A stretch of 64,000 nucleotides of DNA from contig CM059432.1 of the NCBI GenBank assembly GCA_030390025.1, forward strand, positions 45,200,001-45,264,000, given 5' to 3'. The stretch is from Squalus acanthias (taxonomy: Eukaryota). The translations under genes were made by a program, and so were the position numbers. The notes under the pieces were generated by a model. The model saw only the letters and a program-made list of their open reading frames with translations, had not been told where the DNA came from and did no database searches. Positions 24,400 to 38,778 of the stretch are shown piece after piece (within the stretch, counting starts at the first letter, position 1; each line of letters opens with the position of its first letter).

Positions 24400-24810
24400 G
24401 CATGGAGACTAGGCTGTACCAGAAGAGTAATTCCTCTGAAGTATTTGTTTGTCAAACAAAGCTGTGAAAGAACTACCACGTGCTGCAAGCAGACCTGCAA
24501 CCCACCTCCTCCACATGTATTGTTCTGCCAGTGGCTGTTAAGGTCACAACCACCCTTAACATTTATGCCATGGGGTTATTCCAGTCTGCTACTGACATAT
24601 CTACAACATTAGGACCATAGGAACAGGAGTAGGCCATTCAGCCCCTCGAGCCTGTTCCGCAAGCCAACCAGCTTTGTGCAGCTGCATCAGGCAAGTCATA
24701 AATGCATTGTTCTCCAGTGCTCGCAATTTCTTCAGCCTCCCAGAGGACAACCACAACAGGGCTATCTTACTGAGTAGCAGGATTCCCCAAAGTCCAAGGA
24801 ATCATAGAAC
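24400..24810 (+). pseudogene. Old Harbinger transposase remnant with a CR1 tail insert (~24610-24660)
   Basis: LQADLQP..LPVAVKVT..CIRQVINALF..AGFPKVQGI. Confidence 0.75.
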
Positions 24811-25699
24811 GAGACTTTCCTCAGAGCTGCTCCCGCTCTGCCACTATAACTGTGCTGGATGTGGAGTGGAAATCCAATTTACATATATAGACAGGGCTTC
24901 TGCTGCACTTCCAGTAAAGTTATGGTGGCAAAGTGGAAGCAGCTCCAAGGAAATTCCCGGCCATAGATTACACCCACATGGCTTTGATTAATGGTCAAAC
25001 AAGCATGAGTAAGAATGGATACAAATCTCTCAGTGTGTAGCTCATTTCAGACTATTGTGCAAGTGAATGTATGCTTTTCCGGGAACTGCCGAGAAAACTT
25101 TATTTTATGATAGTCCACCATGCTAACACTCTTTAATCCAGAAAGGCTGGATTATACTCTCTGGATGGAGCCTCCGAGATGAACAATATCCTCCGTATTT
25201 ATGGTTGATGTCAGGCAATTTAAAAAGTCCTCGAACAAAGATACTGGCCAGAAAAAATAAGTTGGAAATTGCCTGCCTGCCTGCCTTGATTGGAAATTTG
25301 AAGCCACAGCAATCATATTGTTGGCTCCTTCCCTGCACAGAAGTACCTGAATAACATAGAAATTACAAAATAGAAACAGTCCGTTTGGCCCAGTCAGTCG
25401 GTGTTGGTTTTATCCTCCTCATGAGAAGTAATCAAATCCCATGTGCCCGCTCTGTTCCCATATATCTTTATTCCCTTTTCCTTCAACCACCGACATAAAT
25501 TCTTAAATGTGGTTGTCAAGGTCTCAGTACCGCTATACCCAGATATGGATGAACAACATCTGCAAGAGGTAGAGAAGGAAGGAGAGAAAAATTGTTTTTA
25601 TAATGCTTACTCTCCCAGCAGGAGAATAGTGGAGGGCAAACAATTATTTCAAAGCCAAGTGTTATTGTTATAACCCATTTCCTTCTGTGCAAAAGATTA

Positions 25700-27950
25700 A
25701 GCTTTTTGGATTTGTTTCAGGATGCTCTGGTCAAGGTCCTCCATTTTGGTAAAGTTAAGTGTGTAGCCCAATAGATGTCTGAATTCATTGATGGGGACAG
25801 AGATACTGGGATTAATAACATATAGTAGGATGTCATCCACATAGAATTAGGTAAAGCAGAAGGCCTTTAAAGTGGCATTTGAAGCCTTTATAGAGAAAAC
25901 AAAAGCAACTGCCAAGGTGGATTATGGTGCAGTATGTCAGGAGAACAGGTGGATTACATGGGAGGTGAAGCAGGATCAATGGGTTGCACTTATCCACAAG
26001 AGTGCATAAAAATAGTTGTAAATAATGTATCCACTGTCCAAAGTCTGTCGTCGATTATGGTCAAAAGATTTCCTCTGGTCTACAGCCAACAACTAACTAG
26101 TACTCTTCAACAGACCTATGAGAGCATCCTTAGATTCTGAAGAGTTAGAATCTGACCAAATAGGGTGTACCAAGGAAGTTGGAAGAACTGGTGAAGTGCA
26201 CAGCATATATTGAAAGCCTTAATGAACCAGTTCAATTGAAGTAAGTGGACTCAATGTTGTATCACCTAGCTAATGGTGTGGAAAGTATTCATAGCAATTT
26301 CCTAAAAAGCTATTTAGGTAAGGGGGTGTGGGTGGGGGAAGTGTACAGCAATGGTCTTGGTGAACAGTGCCCAGATTCGCCTTCTGTGGCTAGTTGATTG
26401 GTTTCTGTTTGAGGCATATATATTCTCGGTGTTCTAGAGCATGGTTGTGGTTTCTATCCACAAGATGGACTCTAGTGAGCCTCAAACCTACTGAGCAATC
26501 TGCTAATATCAGTGGCACTTATGCTGTGATCATAGTAAATTTAGGGCCATTGAGTTTCTAAGGTTTTTGAGCTAGCGCTTCATGTGGCCCTCAAGAAGAA
26601 GCTAGAAACTATGGGAGTACATTGCCAAATCTTATATTTTATTCAGGATGTGTACTCCAGCTCAAAGCTCTGTGTAAGGGAGATGAGAATCTCAGTGATC
26701 CTACCTCTCTTGAAAGAGGAATGAGACAAAGATGAGGTGGATGGTGTCATACCAGACAGGTGACTGTTACAGGCACTTATGAAAATATGTCAGCACTCCT
26801 GTTTTCAGATGATATTGTGTTGCTGGCAACTCACCTAAGGATTTAAAAGGAATTTGGGTAGGCACTGCATACAAGTTTCCAAATATGTGCTCCAGGAAGG
26901 TGATGCTCCCTGCTGGCAGCACACAATCAGAAAATCACCCCTCTAGTGTTATTCATTCATCATCTTGAACAATGGGCTTACCAGTAGAATATTGTGGTAG
27001 GTGCCTTTAGATGTGGTATTATGACTGAAGAGAGACCTCCAAGGTATTGATTGGAAAATACAAGAGGCATATGGGTATTGATACCTGGAGGTCCTAGTGG
27101 ATACCAACTTCAGCCTGAACACAATCCTCTGGGACTACGCTGAGAAAGGGCAAAGGGTGATTTGGTCTTTCCCATCTTTCTTCAATGACAGCGAAGTCCC
27201 AATACAGGTTAAACTTGTGCCAAAATCATTCTCCTTCTTGGTTTGGAACTCCTAGACATACAACAGAAGGGCTTCTTTCAGCCAATATGTGAGATGAAGA
27301 ATGAAGTTAAAGATTGATTTGTATCAAAAAGCAAAAGTGGCTTTAATGAAGGGAGGATTGCAGCCTGACCAACCTGTAGGGGAATCAGGCTTACATTGGG
27401 TACGTCTCTGTCAAAATCCCTTCCATGAGGATCTCAGCTCAGCAATTGGTGGTGAGTAAGCCTGGTACCCAACATTTTACTTGGACATCTATGACATCAT
27501 GATAGGTGGTAGAACACAAGCTCCTCCCACTGAATGCAATGTCTCTCATAGGTGTCGAGGAAACTCATACTTAGGATAACAGCTGCTGGATGGTGTTACT
27601 TAGGGGCTGGGTATGAGAACACATATTAATATATACAGGGCTCAGTGACTACCATGCTTGGATTCCAGAGAAATAAGCACCTGCTGCTGAGTTCCACCCC
27701 TCCAACGAGAGGATCCACTTCAATAAGATATAGGCCATACTCCAGCAGCAACTCTGGCATGAGTGCAGTGGAATTGCTGGGAAATTGACCGGGACCCAGC
27801 CTATGCTCTCTTTTTCCAGGAGCCTTGGTTGAGGCAGAACTTCCATCTGCCCCAAATACGGTCCTTTTCACCAGATGGGGCGGGGTCAGGGTCAGGGACT
27901 ACCAGGCTATGTGTTTCCTTGTTGCTGGGGAAAATATGGCAGAGGTAAAA
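25700..27950 (+). pseudogene. Highly decayed non-LTR reverse transcriptase, apparently not CR1
   Basis: KRGMRQ (~26715), ALLFSDDIVLLA (~26792-26828) and YLEVLVD (~27082) occur in RT motif order. Boundaries approximate. Confidence 0.5.
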
Positions 27951-28199
27951 TCATTGGTACAGACTGAGGTAGATGGGTGCAATGGGGGCTTAAAGTCAGT
28001 TGTCTATCTATGTCGCTGAAGGCATTCACTCAAGCACAGGGAGAAGAAAGCTCCACTGTAGACTGATTAAAACCCGTTCAGTGTCCTGGAAAAGTACCAG
28101 GGTAGGTGTGTCTGTGCTGCTATAGTGCACGACATTAAATGGTTACCTGGTATTATAGCCCAAGAGAACCATTCTTGTATGAAACCAATTAAATCATAG

Positions 28200-29050
28200 T
28201 AGAGTCTCCATAACTTCAAATATTACATCTGGAAAGTGCAACTCCAGGGTATCATTGGAATTCAGTCTATCCACAAGCCATATGGATAGGAATAGAAATG
28301 AGTGCTATGTTTCCTTTCCCAACTATACAGACCTCCAGAAATAACAATATTATAATGCTAATATTTATGGCCTGGAGGAAGGCATGAGATGCATCAAAAG
28401 TGCTACTGGGCCTGTCCATCTTCTACATGTTATGGGTGTAGCATTGACCTACTACAGGCACTTGCTACAAGTAGAATGAAACAGGCAAGCTATTCCACAA
28501 AGGTCAGCTTGTCAGCAAGATTTACATTGATCAACAGAATTTCTTCTGTTACCTCCAGATTTAACGTTACCGCCAGGATCCTTTGATACTTCCGAAAATA
28601 TACCATAAGTAGTGTTCCAAGAATGCATCTCATCCATTTATTCCATGCAGCCTGTGTAGCTTTTGAGATCAAGATCTGGTCCAGGAACTAGCACAAGAAG
28701 ACTAGTAGAGGGCTTGGACGATATACATTAACAGCTCTATCTGCAACAGAGTAAAAAAAGTGTACCTTTCTCACACAAACTCCACCCTCCCTTGCCAGAT
28801 GAGTACTGGCAGAATAGCAGCGAAATATGCTTTCAATTGCGCACTTTCTCATCATCACTCCACCTTCAACCTTTGTGGACAAAGGTTCTGGAAACTCTCA
28901 GGGCCATGTCAGGCCTTATTATTCTCATAGACCTCAACCCATGCCTACTTATATGCTCCCAATAGCAGCAGAGTCCCAGTTCCTGCATCTCACCTTGTTC
29001 CTGCTTTTGCCAGCAAGGAGATTTCACATCTCACAATAAACATGTGGTGA
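28200..29050 (-). pseudogene. Possible decayed APE endonuclease domain of a LINE
   Basis: GGVMMRK..RILAVTL..EILLINV resembles the GGVAI..RIL..LINVYAP pattern. Confidence 0.35.
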
Positions 29051-29204
29051 GAACAGTTGTGAGACATTTGCCGATCTAAATGAGTAATACATGGGCTGCC
29101 CATGGAACAGGGTAAACTGTAAAATTCGCTAACCTTCCATAACCAAAGGGATCCCAGGACCTTTAGTGGTCAAGGAACATCCAAACATCCTACTGGCCAC
29201 ATCA

Positions 29205-29559
29205 GAAAAGAAAGACTTATATTTATATAGCGCCTTTCACAACCTCAGGACATCCCAAAGCACTTTACAGTAATGTAGGAAACATAGCAGCCAATTTGCG
29301 CGCAGCAAGCTCCCACAAACAGCAATGTGATAATGACCAGATAATCTGTTTTTTTTTTAGTGATGTTGATTGAGGGATAAATAAATATTGGCCAAGACAC
29401 TGTGGATAACTCGCCTGCTCTTCTTCGAAATAGTGCCCTGGGATCTTTTACGTCCACCTGAGAAAATAGACGGGGCCTCGGTTTAACGTCGCATCTGAAA
29501 GACAGCACCTCTGACAGTGCAGCACTCCCTCAGTACTGCACTGGAGTGTCAGCCTAGAT
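29205..29559 (-). mobile_element. Deu-domain SINE (SacSINE1/AmnSINE1-like), 5'-truncated
   Basis: Minus strand ggtggacgtaaaagatcccagggcactatttcgaagaagagcagg recognised as Deu-like; second copy at 58290-58632. Confidence 0.8.
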
Positions 29560-29821
29560 ACATCATCACCACACAGTTCCCAAACTCCAGTCTCCTCAGT
29601 GCCTAATGAACCACCCTCCTCATCTGAGCCAAGAAAAGGCCCTTAACCTTCAATCCTCAGATTTAATATTAGCAAAATGTACAGAACTCTTGTCAGATTC
29701 TCATTGTATGTAAACATTTATATATAAAATAAAAAATAGAAGAGCAAGAGATAAGTGAAGAGAAAAATAAGGGAAGATGATAAGAAAGGAATTGTACATT
29801 TTTTTTTTTATTCATTATTGT

Positions 29822-29949
29822 TTGGGGTAGCGTAAAATGGATGGTATCGCATCGGCTGCCTGTTGTACACCCCACCCGCTATTCAGTTTCGTTAAAGTGT
29901 GTAACGGGCAGCCAACGGGATACCGCTCATTTTAGGATACCTCCCAAAA
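29822..29949. repeat. Imperfect hairpin (MITE-like)
   Basis: ~45-bp arms: gggtagcgtaaaatggatggtatc..ggctgcctgtt versus aacgggcagcc..gataccgctcattttaggatacc. Confidence 0.7.
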
Positions 29950-32678
29950 TCTATTTTTACCCCTTTGTGTTTATTTTTGAAGTCTCTGGATCATGTTACA
30001 GTAATAAAGATACTCCTGACATCTGAGTAACTTTGTTGCTATAATAGTGTCACACTGTGTGACATAAAACATTTCAAACATGGCCGCCCCAGGCATTTCT
30101 ATGGACCTGCCAGCACATCAGATTAAATCATGGCTTAAACTTTCCAAGTAAATGGTGGCAGTGAGGAAACTCGCTCGTTACCAATGTAAATTGGGAAAAT
30201 CGTGCAGGCGTTGCCCAAGTTTTCCAAGTTTTCGCTGGCAACAATTTCGGTTCCTTGCTGCTGGAGTGCACTCAGAAGGTTTTATATCAAAAATTGTTCA
30301 GTAATTAGGATTAGTTGCAAGTTTTTTTTGCCTTTGTTTAATGTCCAAATTGTAGGGATTCCCATACGCCACACTGCCACAGAACTGTACTGCAACAGTT
30401 AAAATCCAGGAACTCTTCATCCCCAATAACTGTAGATAATGCAGTTGATCCTGTTACAATTGATCCTGAGATTTAATTTATTGGCAAAGATGAATAACAC
30501 TGAATAACAAATGTTGATGTAAATATTGATCTAATCTTCTCCTGTCTGTCTCCCATTGCCTAGATTCTCCACCCAGCTCACTCTATTATCTCAGTAGTGT
30601 TTACCAATCTACCTCACTGTCAAATGCTGCAGGCATTTAGTATGCTCCATTCCCCTTTCCCTCGCTCTCTCCCCCTCTCTCTCCTTCCTGCTCCCTCTCT
30701 CTCTCTCTCCGAACGAAAAATAAACCACAATAAACTATTAGCATGTAAGGCTTTAATGCCCCAAAATGTAACGGAAGTGCATTTTTCCATCACAAGTGGT
30801 TCATAAAATGTTCCACTGAATCTCAAAAATAATTGCCTGTTCAGTGTAATAAATGAACAAATCCTGCAACATAAGTAGCTTTAGCAGCCCTAGACAGACA
30901 CTGGTCGCTGCTGGCTTCTCTCTTATATAATGGAGAGGTCACTGCTTTGTTTATCGTCGAAAGCAAGAAAGCAGCCCTATATTAGCACTCTGTTTGCAAA
31001 AGTGTTTGATAGCTTGTTATGAAAAAAAGGTGATCATGTCAATAAACTAGTATCAATGATGGATTCTGCCATAAGCATTCTGGAGCTTTGTAGATGCAGA
31101 TATTATACATCAATGTGCAGTGAAGTTTGAAATAGCAATAAATCACTGACTAACGGATTGGCAAACTGACTTGGTTGCTTCTAGGCAATAAGTATTAGTT
31201 TATTAATGATCCTGTAGTAACTGTTGTTCAGTAATTTAAGCAGTTAGTAGCAACATATTGAAAATTGTACGATTGCTATTTATTGACACAATTAAATGCA
31301 TATTATCTTCCTGTGGTAAAAATAGGAGTCCAGTTCAACCTGATGTATTGATATGGTCACTGATGCAAAGAAAACTAACAACAATTGTTTGGTCAGAGAC
31401 TGCGGGGGTGAAATTAGTCTACGACAGTAGTGCAAAACAAGCTCTTAGCGAATCAGCAGCCTGTTTCACACCACCCTGATCTTCCTTTCCATTGCAGCCA
31501 ACGGAAAAGAAAAATTACTTTTGCTGCCTTACAGCCCTTTAGTAATCTTTCTATATTTACTGTGTGTACCATTCTGCTTCTTTGTTCTGGATGGAGCAAA
31601 ACTTGGAGGAAGAGCAGCAGCAGCCTCCCGGCTACACATTAAATCTGTGGGTTGCTGGCAGTCATCACTCGCCCACCGCCCAATTGCCAACCCCCTCCCC
31701 GCTGAGCAACTCAACTGGCCAAATTCACTCCCCCTCTGCGGCCAGTGAGCAGCCTCTGGAGCCGTGATTGGCTCCCACAGCTCGCTGGTAATAAACAAAT
31801 AAGGCCAGCGGGCCAGTTTGCCGTGGTCCGGCCGCCAGCCTCATTAGGCGTGTGTAATGTGCGCAGCACTGGGATCGTGCCCCGATTCGGGCCAGGAAGT
31901 ATTTCTTTGCATAGAGAGTGATTGAGAGTTGGAGGGGGACACCATGAATGATGGTTGAAGTCAGGACACTGGACTCATTTAAGAAATGCTGTAATGGGAA
32001 AAGTAGTAGGTCTGGTATTCTGGAAGAGTGAGATTAAATGGGTAGGTATATATGCTATATCTAATGAAGATATCTTATGATAAAAGCCTAAGTAATTACA
32101 TTTTGGCATTTACCGGTTAATAAATGTTAATAACATATCAATATGCACTGATTTTGAGAAGATCTATAGATCATATTCTTTCAGGTACAAGATTGGACAG
32201 CTGTCATTAATAAAATTGTATTTGTACTTGCAATGTCAAAACCTCAGTGAAAAGAAAGTACAATATATTTTTTTAAATGGCCCTCAATTTGCATGGACCT
32301 TCTGATGCACTCTTGCTGTAACTCCAGATATGCCAGGTCCTGACCTTCACTGGGAGTTTCCAAGCGGCTTTGTCTGGGGCGGAACCTCAATCCACGCAAA
32401 ACATGGTCCCTAGCATTGTAGAGTGTAGGACAAGGTGTGGGGACTCCTTTCTCCAATAGCATCAGCACTTCAGAGCGCTGGCTGGTCCAATCCTGGTGTA
32501 ACTGCCTGTGCAATTTCAAAGCCAATGGCCTCAATTTTTACAGGGGGGTGGGAAGAGTATGGGGGAGCCCGGTAGCGGGCAAAGAACCTGGCAAGGCCAG
32601 GGATGTGGAGGTCCTGCCACTCTCTGCAGAGTCCCGCCCAACATCTGGCCAGATTGACTACCTGGCCGGCGGGCGGGA

Positions 32679-33662
32679 GTCATAGAGTCATAACGGCACA
32701 GAAGGAGGCCATTCGGCCCATCGAGTCCGTGCCGGCTCTCTGTAGAGCAATCCAGTCAGTCCCATTCCCCCGCTCTATCCCCATAGCCCTGCAAGTTTAT
32801 TTCCCTCAAGTGCCTATCCAGTCTCCCCTTGAAAACATTGAGTGTCTCCACTTCCACCACTTCCGTCAGCAGCGAGTTCCAGGTCCTCACCACTCGCTGT
32901 GTAAAAAAGTTTTTCCTCACGTCTCCCCTATATCTCTTGCACAAAACCTTAAATCTGTGTCCCTTAGTCCTTGTACCATCAACTAGTGGGAACAGCCTTT
33001 CCCCGTCTAGCCTATCCAAACCCGTCATAATCTTGTACACCTCTATCAAATCACACCTCTATCAAATCTCCCCTCAACCTCCTTTGCTCTAATGAAAACA
33101 AATCCAGCTTCTCCAACCTGTCCTTGTAGCTAAGATCCCCCATCCCCGGAACCATTCTGGTAAATCTCCTCTGCACCCTCTCAAGGGCCTTCACATCCTT
33201 CCTAAAGTGTGGTGACCAGAACTGGACGCAATACTCCAGTTGTGGCCTAACCAGTGCTTTATAAAGGTTGAGCATAACTTCTTTACTTTTGTACTCAATA
33301 CCTCTATTTATGAAGCCCAAGATCCCATATGCTTTGCTAACCACTCTCTCAATATGTCCCGCCACCGTCAGGGACCTATGCACATTAACTCCCAGGTCCC
33401 TCTGTCCCTGCACACTCTTGAAAACTGTGCCATTAAATGTACATTGCCTCTCCCTGTTCCTTCTGCCAAAATGAATCACCTCACACGTCTCTGTATTAAA
33501 TTCCATCTGCCACTTGTCTGCCCATTCTGCTAGCCTTTCTATGTCCTGTTGCAGTCGATTGGTATGATCGTCACTGTTTGCCACACCCCCAAATTTGGCG
33601 TCATTGGCAAATTTAGAAATTCTACTCCGTATTCTAATATCCAGGTCATTTATATATATCAA
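32679..33662 (-). mobile_element. CR1 LINE 3' fragment
   Basis: IYINDL, WQMEFN, LVRPQLEYC; CTCTATGA tail. Confidence 0.92.
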
Positions 33663-34509
33663 AAGTGTGTGTATCTGGCAGCAGGTGGCCACAGCCAGGG
33701 ACCCGTGTGCCCTCTCACTGCAAGCCCTCCTCCTGGCAGGTTATTTGTGCTGGAATTGGGGGAACAGGAGCGGTTTTGAGTAGTTCTCCCTTCCTACGAA
33801 GTTCCTCCCATTGGAAAGCAACCAGGAAATTTCTGGAAACAACAGAAACCCAGCGCAATCAGGTGTCTGCTGGTTTCTGGGGGTTCTGCCGGTTCTTTAG
33901 TCACATCGCTGCATTTACCTACAGAAGAACCTCTGCGGCACTACAAAACTAATTCATTATGAGGTCCACTTTGAGTCATTTCAATGCAATCAAACATTAT
34001 ATAAATGCAAGGATTAATTACCACAGCTGGGAGTTCACTTTGCCTCGATTGGCTCCATGCTTCCTCTGGCCTGACAGTCCAGGTTCGAAGGTATTGCCTT
34101 GACCTAAAATAACACTGTTTAATCTCCACATACTAATGTATTTTTAAAAATCAAACTCAGTATCAGTCACTGTAGGTGAAGAAAAGTCACTTTTGCTATT
34201 TAATTTTATATAGAAGGCTGTCGTGAGTCCTACTGCCATAAATCTGTCATAAGCAGGCACTCTGAAGAATCACAATTACAACCAATTGTGCAGAACTGAA
34301 GCGGTGAGAACTGCTTCTCTTTCACACACCGACAGACAAATTTCAAAATAGAAGTCCATTTTAGAGTGTTGATGTCACTATATAAAATCACCATATTAAA
34401 GATTCATGCTCTCTCTGTGACTCTTATGAGACAAGAATTAGTTAAAGCAAAACTAAAACTGCAAACGTAAGAGGCTAAGAGGATTTTTAAAATAGCAAGT
34501 AATAAGGTA

Positions 34510-34730
34510 ATAGAAACATAGAAACATAGAAACTAGGAGCAGGAGTAGGCCATTCGGCCCGTCGAGCCTGCTCCACCATTCAATACGATCATGGCTGATC
34601 ATCCAAATCCAGTACCCTGTCCCTGCTTTCTCACACAGAATTCCCATCAAGCCTGCACCGACACATATCCCACCCTATCCCTGTAACCCCACGTATTTAA
34701 TTCCCCCTAACATATCCCATCCTAACCACT
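34510..34730 (-). mobile_element. CR1 3' end
   Basis: (atagaaac)n tail followed by ggagcaggagtaggccattc. Confidence 0.8.
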
Positions 34731-35632
34731 ATGCCACCGTGTTGCCCTATAGAGAAACTCACATAATATAACTCGAAACATTAAACTTCACTCCATGCTA
34801 AACATTATTCAGTTTTTTTAAAGAAATACTATCTGATCTCCCTTACACTGCTACTGGTCAGGGCTACAATTGTGGGGCCAAAATTCCTGGAGTCCCATAC
34901 CATTGCACTTGTGCCGGTGGAGCACAGCTCCCAGCTTCCCAAACGGACTGGTGCCCATCCGATCCCAAATCCCGGGAGGAGGGACCATCTGCATGGTCAG
35001 GGTGGACTGACAATGCTAGAAAAACTGAAACGGCTCCATACTGTTGCGAGGGCAGCGATTGGGCCCAGGTAGGGCCCAACAAAACAAGTCAGTGTTTATA
35101 CATCAGCTCCCACTGGAGCCAATGAGGCTTCTGCTGAAGGTAACTTATCTTTAGTTGGTAAACAGAGGGGGAGAAATTCGGCATGTTAGAGCCTCCCGTT
35201 AGTGCCTGGGGGAGGGCGCTAACAGGGGTGCTAATGGGTTTGCGGTGGGGCGCAAATCCAACGCCGCACACAAAATTCACCCGGGATTTAGCGCTGGCGC
35301 TAACAGTTAGCGCCTAGGCCTTTAGCGCCTGGCAGATCGTAATGTCAATGAGTTTGGAACACCCCGTTAACGACCCCGATGCAAAATTGACTGTCGCCCC
35401 GTGCCTTAGCGCCTTGCCTGAACAACGGATGGCTGCAGTAGGAGCGGTATTTAAAGGGATCAACATCCGCTTTCATTTTAGTGGCCAATCAATGCGACCT
35501 TCTCAGTTTCACATTGCAAAACAGCCGTTTTCAGTGAGTTAAACGTTTCTTACTTTCAGGAGTGTTCTGCCTGCTAAAAATTTGTCACTTTCATTCTGTT
35601 AGGATTTCAAAGTCCTACACTTGGTTACATTA

Positions 35633-36730
35633 ATGGGGGCTGTACTGGCACTCGACCTCGCCCTTCAGCATCAACGTCAGAGGCAGAGACAAAGATTGGA
35701 AAATGTGGCCAGAGGGAGGAGGGCCATCAGGGTTCTCAACAGGAGGCCTTACCCTCCCAGGGTATTCCGGGAGCTCTTCTCCTACATAAATTTAACTGAG
35801 GAGCAGTGTCTTAGAAGCCTCCGCTTCAGCAAGGAGGTGGTCACTGAGCTCTGCCACCTCCTGCAGCCAGACCTCGAGCCTCAGATCAGGACCACCACGG
35901 CTCTCTCAGTGGCCATCAAGGTCACCGTCGCCCTCAATTTCTACGCCAGCGGATCCTTCCAGTCTGCAGCAGGAGACATAGCTAACATCTCGCAGTTCGC
36001 CGTCCATTGCCGATCTGGGAGGTCACAGAGGCTATCTACAGAAGGAGAAGGGATTACAGTTCCTTCCCCATCACCAGAGAGAAGCAGGACGAGCGTGCAT
36101 GTGGCTTTGCCAGGATAGTGGGCTTCCCCATGGTGCAGAGCACCATTGACTGCAGCCACGTCGCTTTGCGGGCACCCCATAACGATCCTGAGGTCTTCCA
36201 AAACCACAAAGGCTACCACTTACTTAATGTCCAGTTGGTGTGCGACCACACACAGCGAATCCTCACCATCAATGCCCACTATCCTGGCCGCAGCCTTCAT
36301 CCTGCCAGACCGGTGTGCCAGCACTCTTCCAGCCACCACATCAAGCTCGCGGCTGGCTGGTGGGAGACAAGGGGTATCCGATCTCCACCTGGCTCATGAA
36401 TCCCCTCCACAACCCCAACACTCCTGCCCAACACTCATACAATGAGAGCCATGCTGCCACCAGGAACATCATTGAGCTGACCATCGGAGTGCTCAAGCAA
36501 AGGTTCCGCTGCCTTGACCGCTCGGGAGGAGCCCTCCAGTACTCGGCTGAGCGGGTGCCCCTTTTCGTTGTGGTGTGCTGCATGTTGCACAACTTGGCCA
36601 TTATGAGGGCCCAGCCATTGCCACCAGGTATAGCGGGACCACCTCAGGAGGAGGAAGAGGGAGAGGAGGAGGAGGAGGAGGAGGAGGAGGAGGAATAGCA
36701 GCGAGGGAGGAGGCAGCCACTCAATCAGTT
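35633..36730 (+). pseudogene. HARBI1-type transposase, frameshifted
   Basis: Three ORF pieces carrying [27 protein letters not shown] and CCMLHN. Confidence 0.92.
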
Positions 36731-36927
36731 CCAATAAATTCTACCCCCCATCCCGGTTGCTCACCACATCCCCATCATTCCATCCATTTTGCATGCCATA
36801 TCACAGCGCAAAGCTGAAATGAGAGACAGCACAAATTCTGCAAAATTCAATTAATAAATTTATCAACATTCAGTAAACACATATATACAACAACAACATT
36901 ATTAACTAATCACCCTTGTGCAAACCC

Positions 36928-38778
36928 TTACTTCCCCTCATTACAGTGCTTTTTCCTACGTAGTCTGTCCCCAGTGGCTGCAGCACGGCTGGTGGAAGGC
37001 CGCTGAGTGTCAGTGCCAGAGACTACAGATGGCCTTGCAGGACGCCCTCGACCAGCTCTGAGCCTGGAAGGCCCGGCTGTAGATTGCACCGCCTCAGGCT
37101 GGGCGGCAGCAGTCTGGGCTGGCTGGATGACAGGCAGCGACAAGGGCAATGGTGGAGTGGCAGTGGTGGGAGCAGGAATGCTGTCATCCTGGGAGAGGAC
37201 AGCAGGTTCCTGCTCCACTGACCCACTGCCACTCCCCTGGGGCAGCACCTCAGCATCACTACCAATCTGCTGGAGCACAGATTGCTGGCCTGCTGCGACA
37301 CTGTGAAAGCCCTGGTGGACTGTGGTGGACCCAGCGATGATGGCAGCAGTCAGAGCTTGCGAGGCATCAAGCTGAGACTGCATGAGAGCAGTCTGAGACT
37401 CGATGGCAACAACTATTGACTGCATTACAGCACTAAGACATTGCGTGGCTTCCGCCTGTGCTGCAATGAATGCTGCCACATCGCCCAGCACACGTAGCAT
37501 GAAGTCTGGGTCCCCACGGTCTCTCAGGAAGTCCACCATCCTTGGCAGACTGTGCATGGTGTGCGCAGAGCTCTGTGCAATGTTGGAGGTGGACTCCTCC
37601 ACGCTCCTTACCATTGCCGACAGGCTCTCGGGCACCCTTGCCATTGCACCTATCATCTCGGTGTGCATGCCCATCACCCTTCTTTTGAATGCCTCCCCAT
37701 CGAGGTCCTCATCTGAGTCCTGCGCAGCAGAACTCACGCGCGAACTCGCCCTCCAGGGAGCTGGCTCCCGAGCTGCCCTTTCCCCCTGGCCTTGCTGCAG
37801 CCCACTCGTCCCCAGTGCATCACCCAGTGCAGTCCCCTCTACTAAACTTGCCTCTAAAGATCGCTTAGTCCCAGTATCTGAGGTGGTGCCTGCGGGTGAG
37901 ACATGCATTGACACGGTGCTTTCTTCCTCCTCCTCTTCTCCCGCCTCACTCTCACTGGGAGGCTCAGGGACAGGCTGGTCAGCTGGTTGCTGATTACCTG
38001 AAAGCATAAAGGCACAAGACTCACGTTAAGGTGATGGCAGGGGGTCAGGAAGGGAGCAAGGAACGCAGACAGTATCAAGAGCTGGAAAGTGGGAAAGGCT
38101 TTTGGTGTGAGGAGGATGTGGAATGAGAGGAGAGGGGATGAACATACCATTGTTGCCTCCAAGGGGTCGACATCGCCAACGGCCACGGCGCCCACCACCT
38201 GGCACCCAATGACTCTCAGCACTCGCTCCTCCATGTCTGAAAGCTGTTGGATGTCCACTTCACCCCGCCTGTTCGTTCCTGCTCCCTCCTATTGTGGCCC
38301 AGCTTGGCCTGCAAGAGAAAGGAAAGTGTGTGAGTGAGTGTGCGGCTATGTGTTTAGGAGATGTGCCTGCCATAGTTGAATAGCTGTGATTGTAGGCAAG
38401 GCATGAGATGTGGATGTGAGTTTTAGTAGGTGGAGATGCTTGGTGGGTGAGTGGTGGGGGTGTGGTGGTTTGTGCAGTGTGTACAGACTGAGGTCCAGAT
38501 GCAGGTACGTAGGACTTGTTGAAGCATGTACTCACCCTGACCACCCGAGTGAGGTTGTTGAATTTTTTACGGCACTGTGTGAGGGTCCTGAGGACCACAC
38601 TGCTGGCCGAGACGTCCTGGGCCACTTCCCTCCACATTGCCCTGAAGACCTGGGGCAATGGCCTCCTGCCAGTGGCCGAGAACAGCACTGCCCTCCTTCT
38701 TTCGACTGCCGCGACCAATGCCTCCAATGCCTGGTTGCTGAAATGGCGAGCTCTCTCCCTGGGACTGGGATCAGCCAT
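36928..38778 (-). pseudogene. Harbinger Myb/SANT-like gene; exons 38778-38536, 38308-38148, 37997-36928
   Basis: RERARHFSNQALEALV..QCRKKFNNL; exon 2 is 161 nt versus 163 nt in the intact copy. Confidence 0.87.

Noticed and set aside
32176..32220. tttcag followed by YKIGQL, reminiscent of a PITPNC1 exon
   Set aside because: Similarity ends after six residues and no supporting exons were found.
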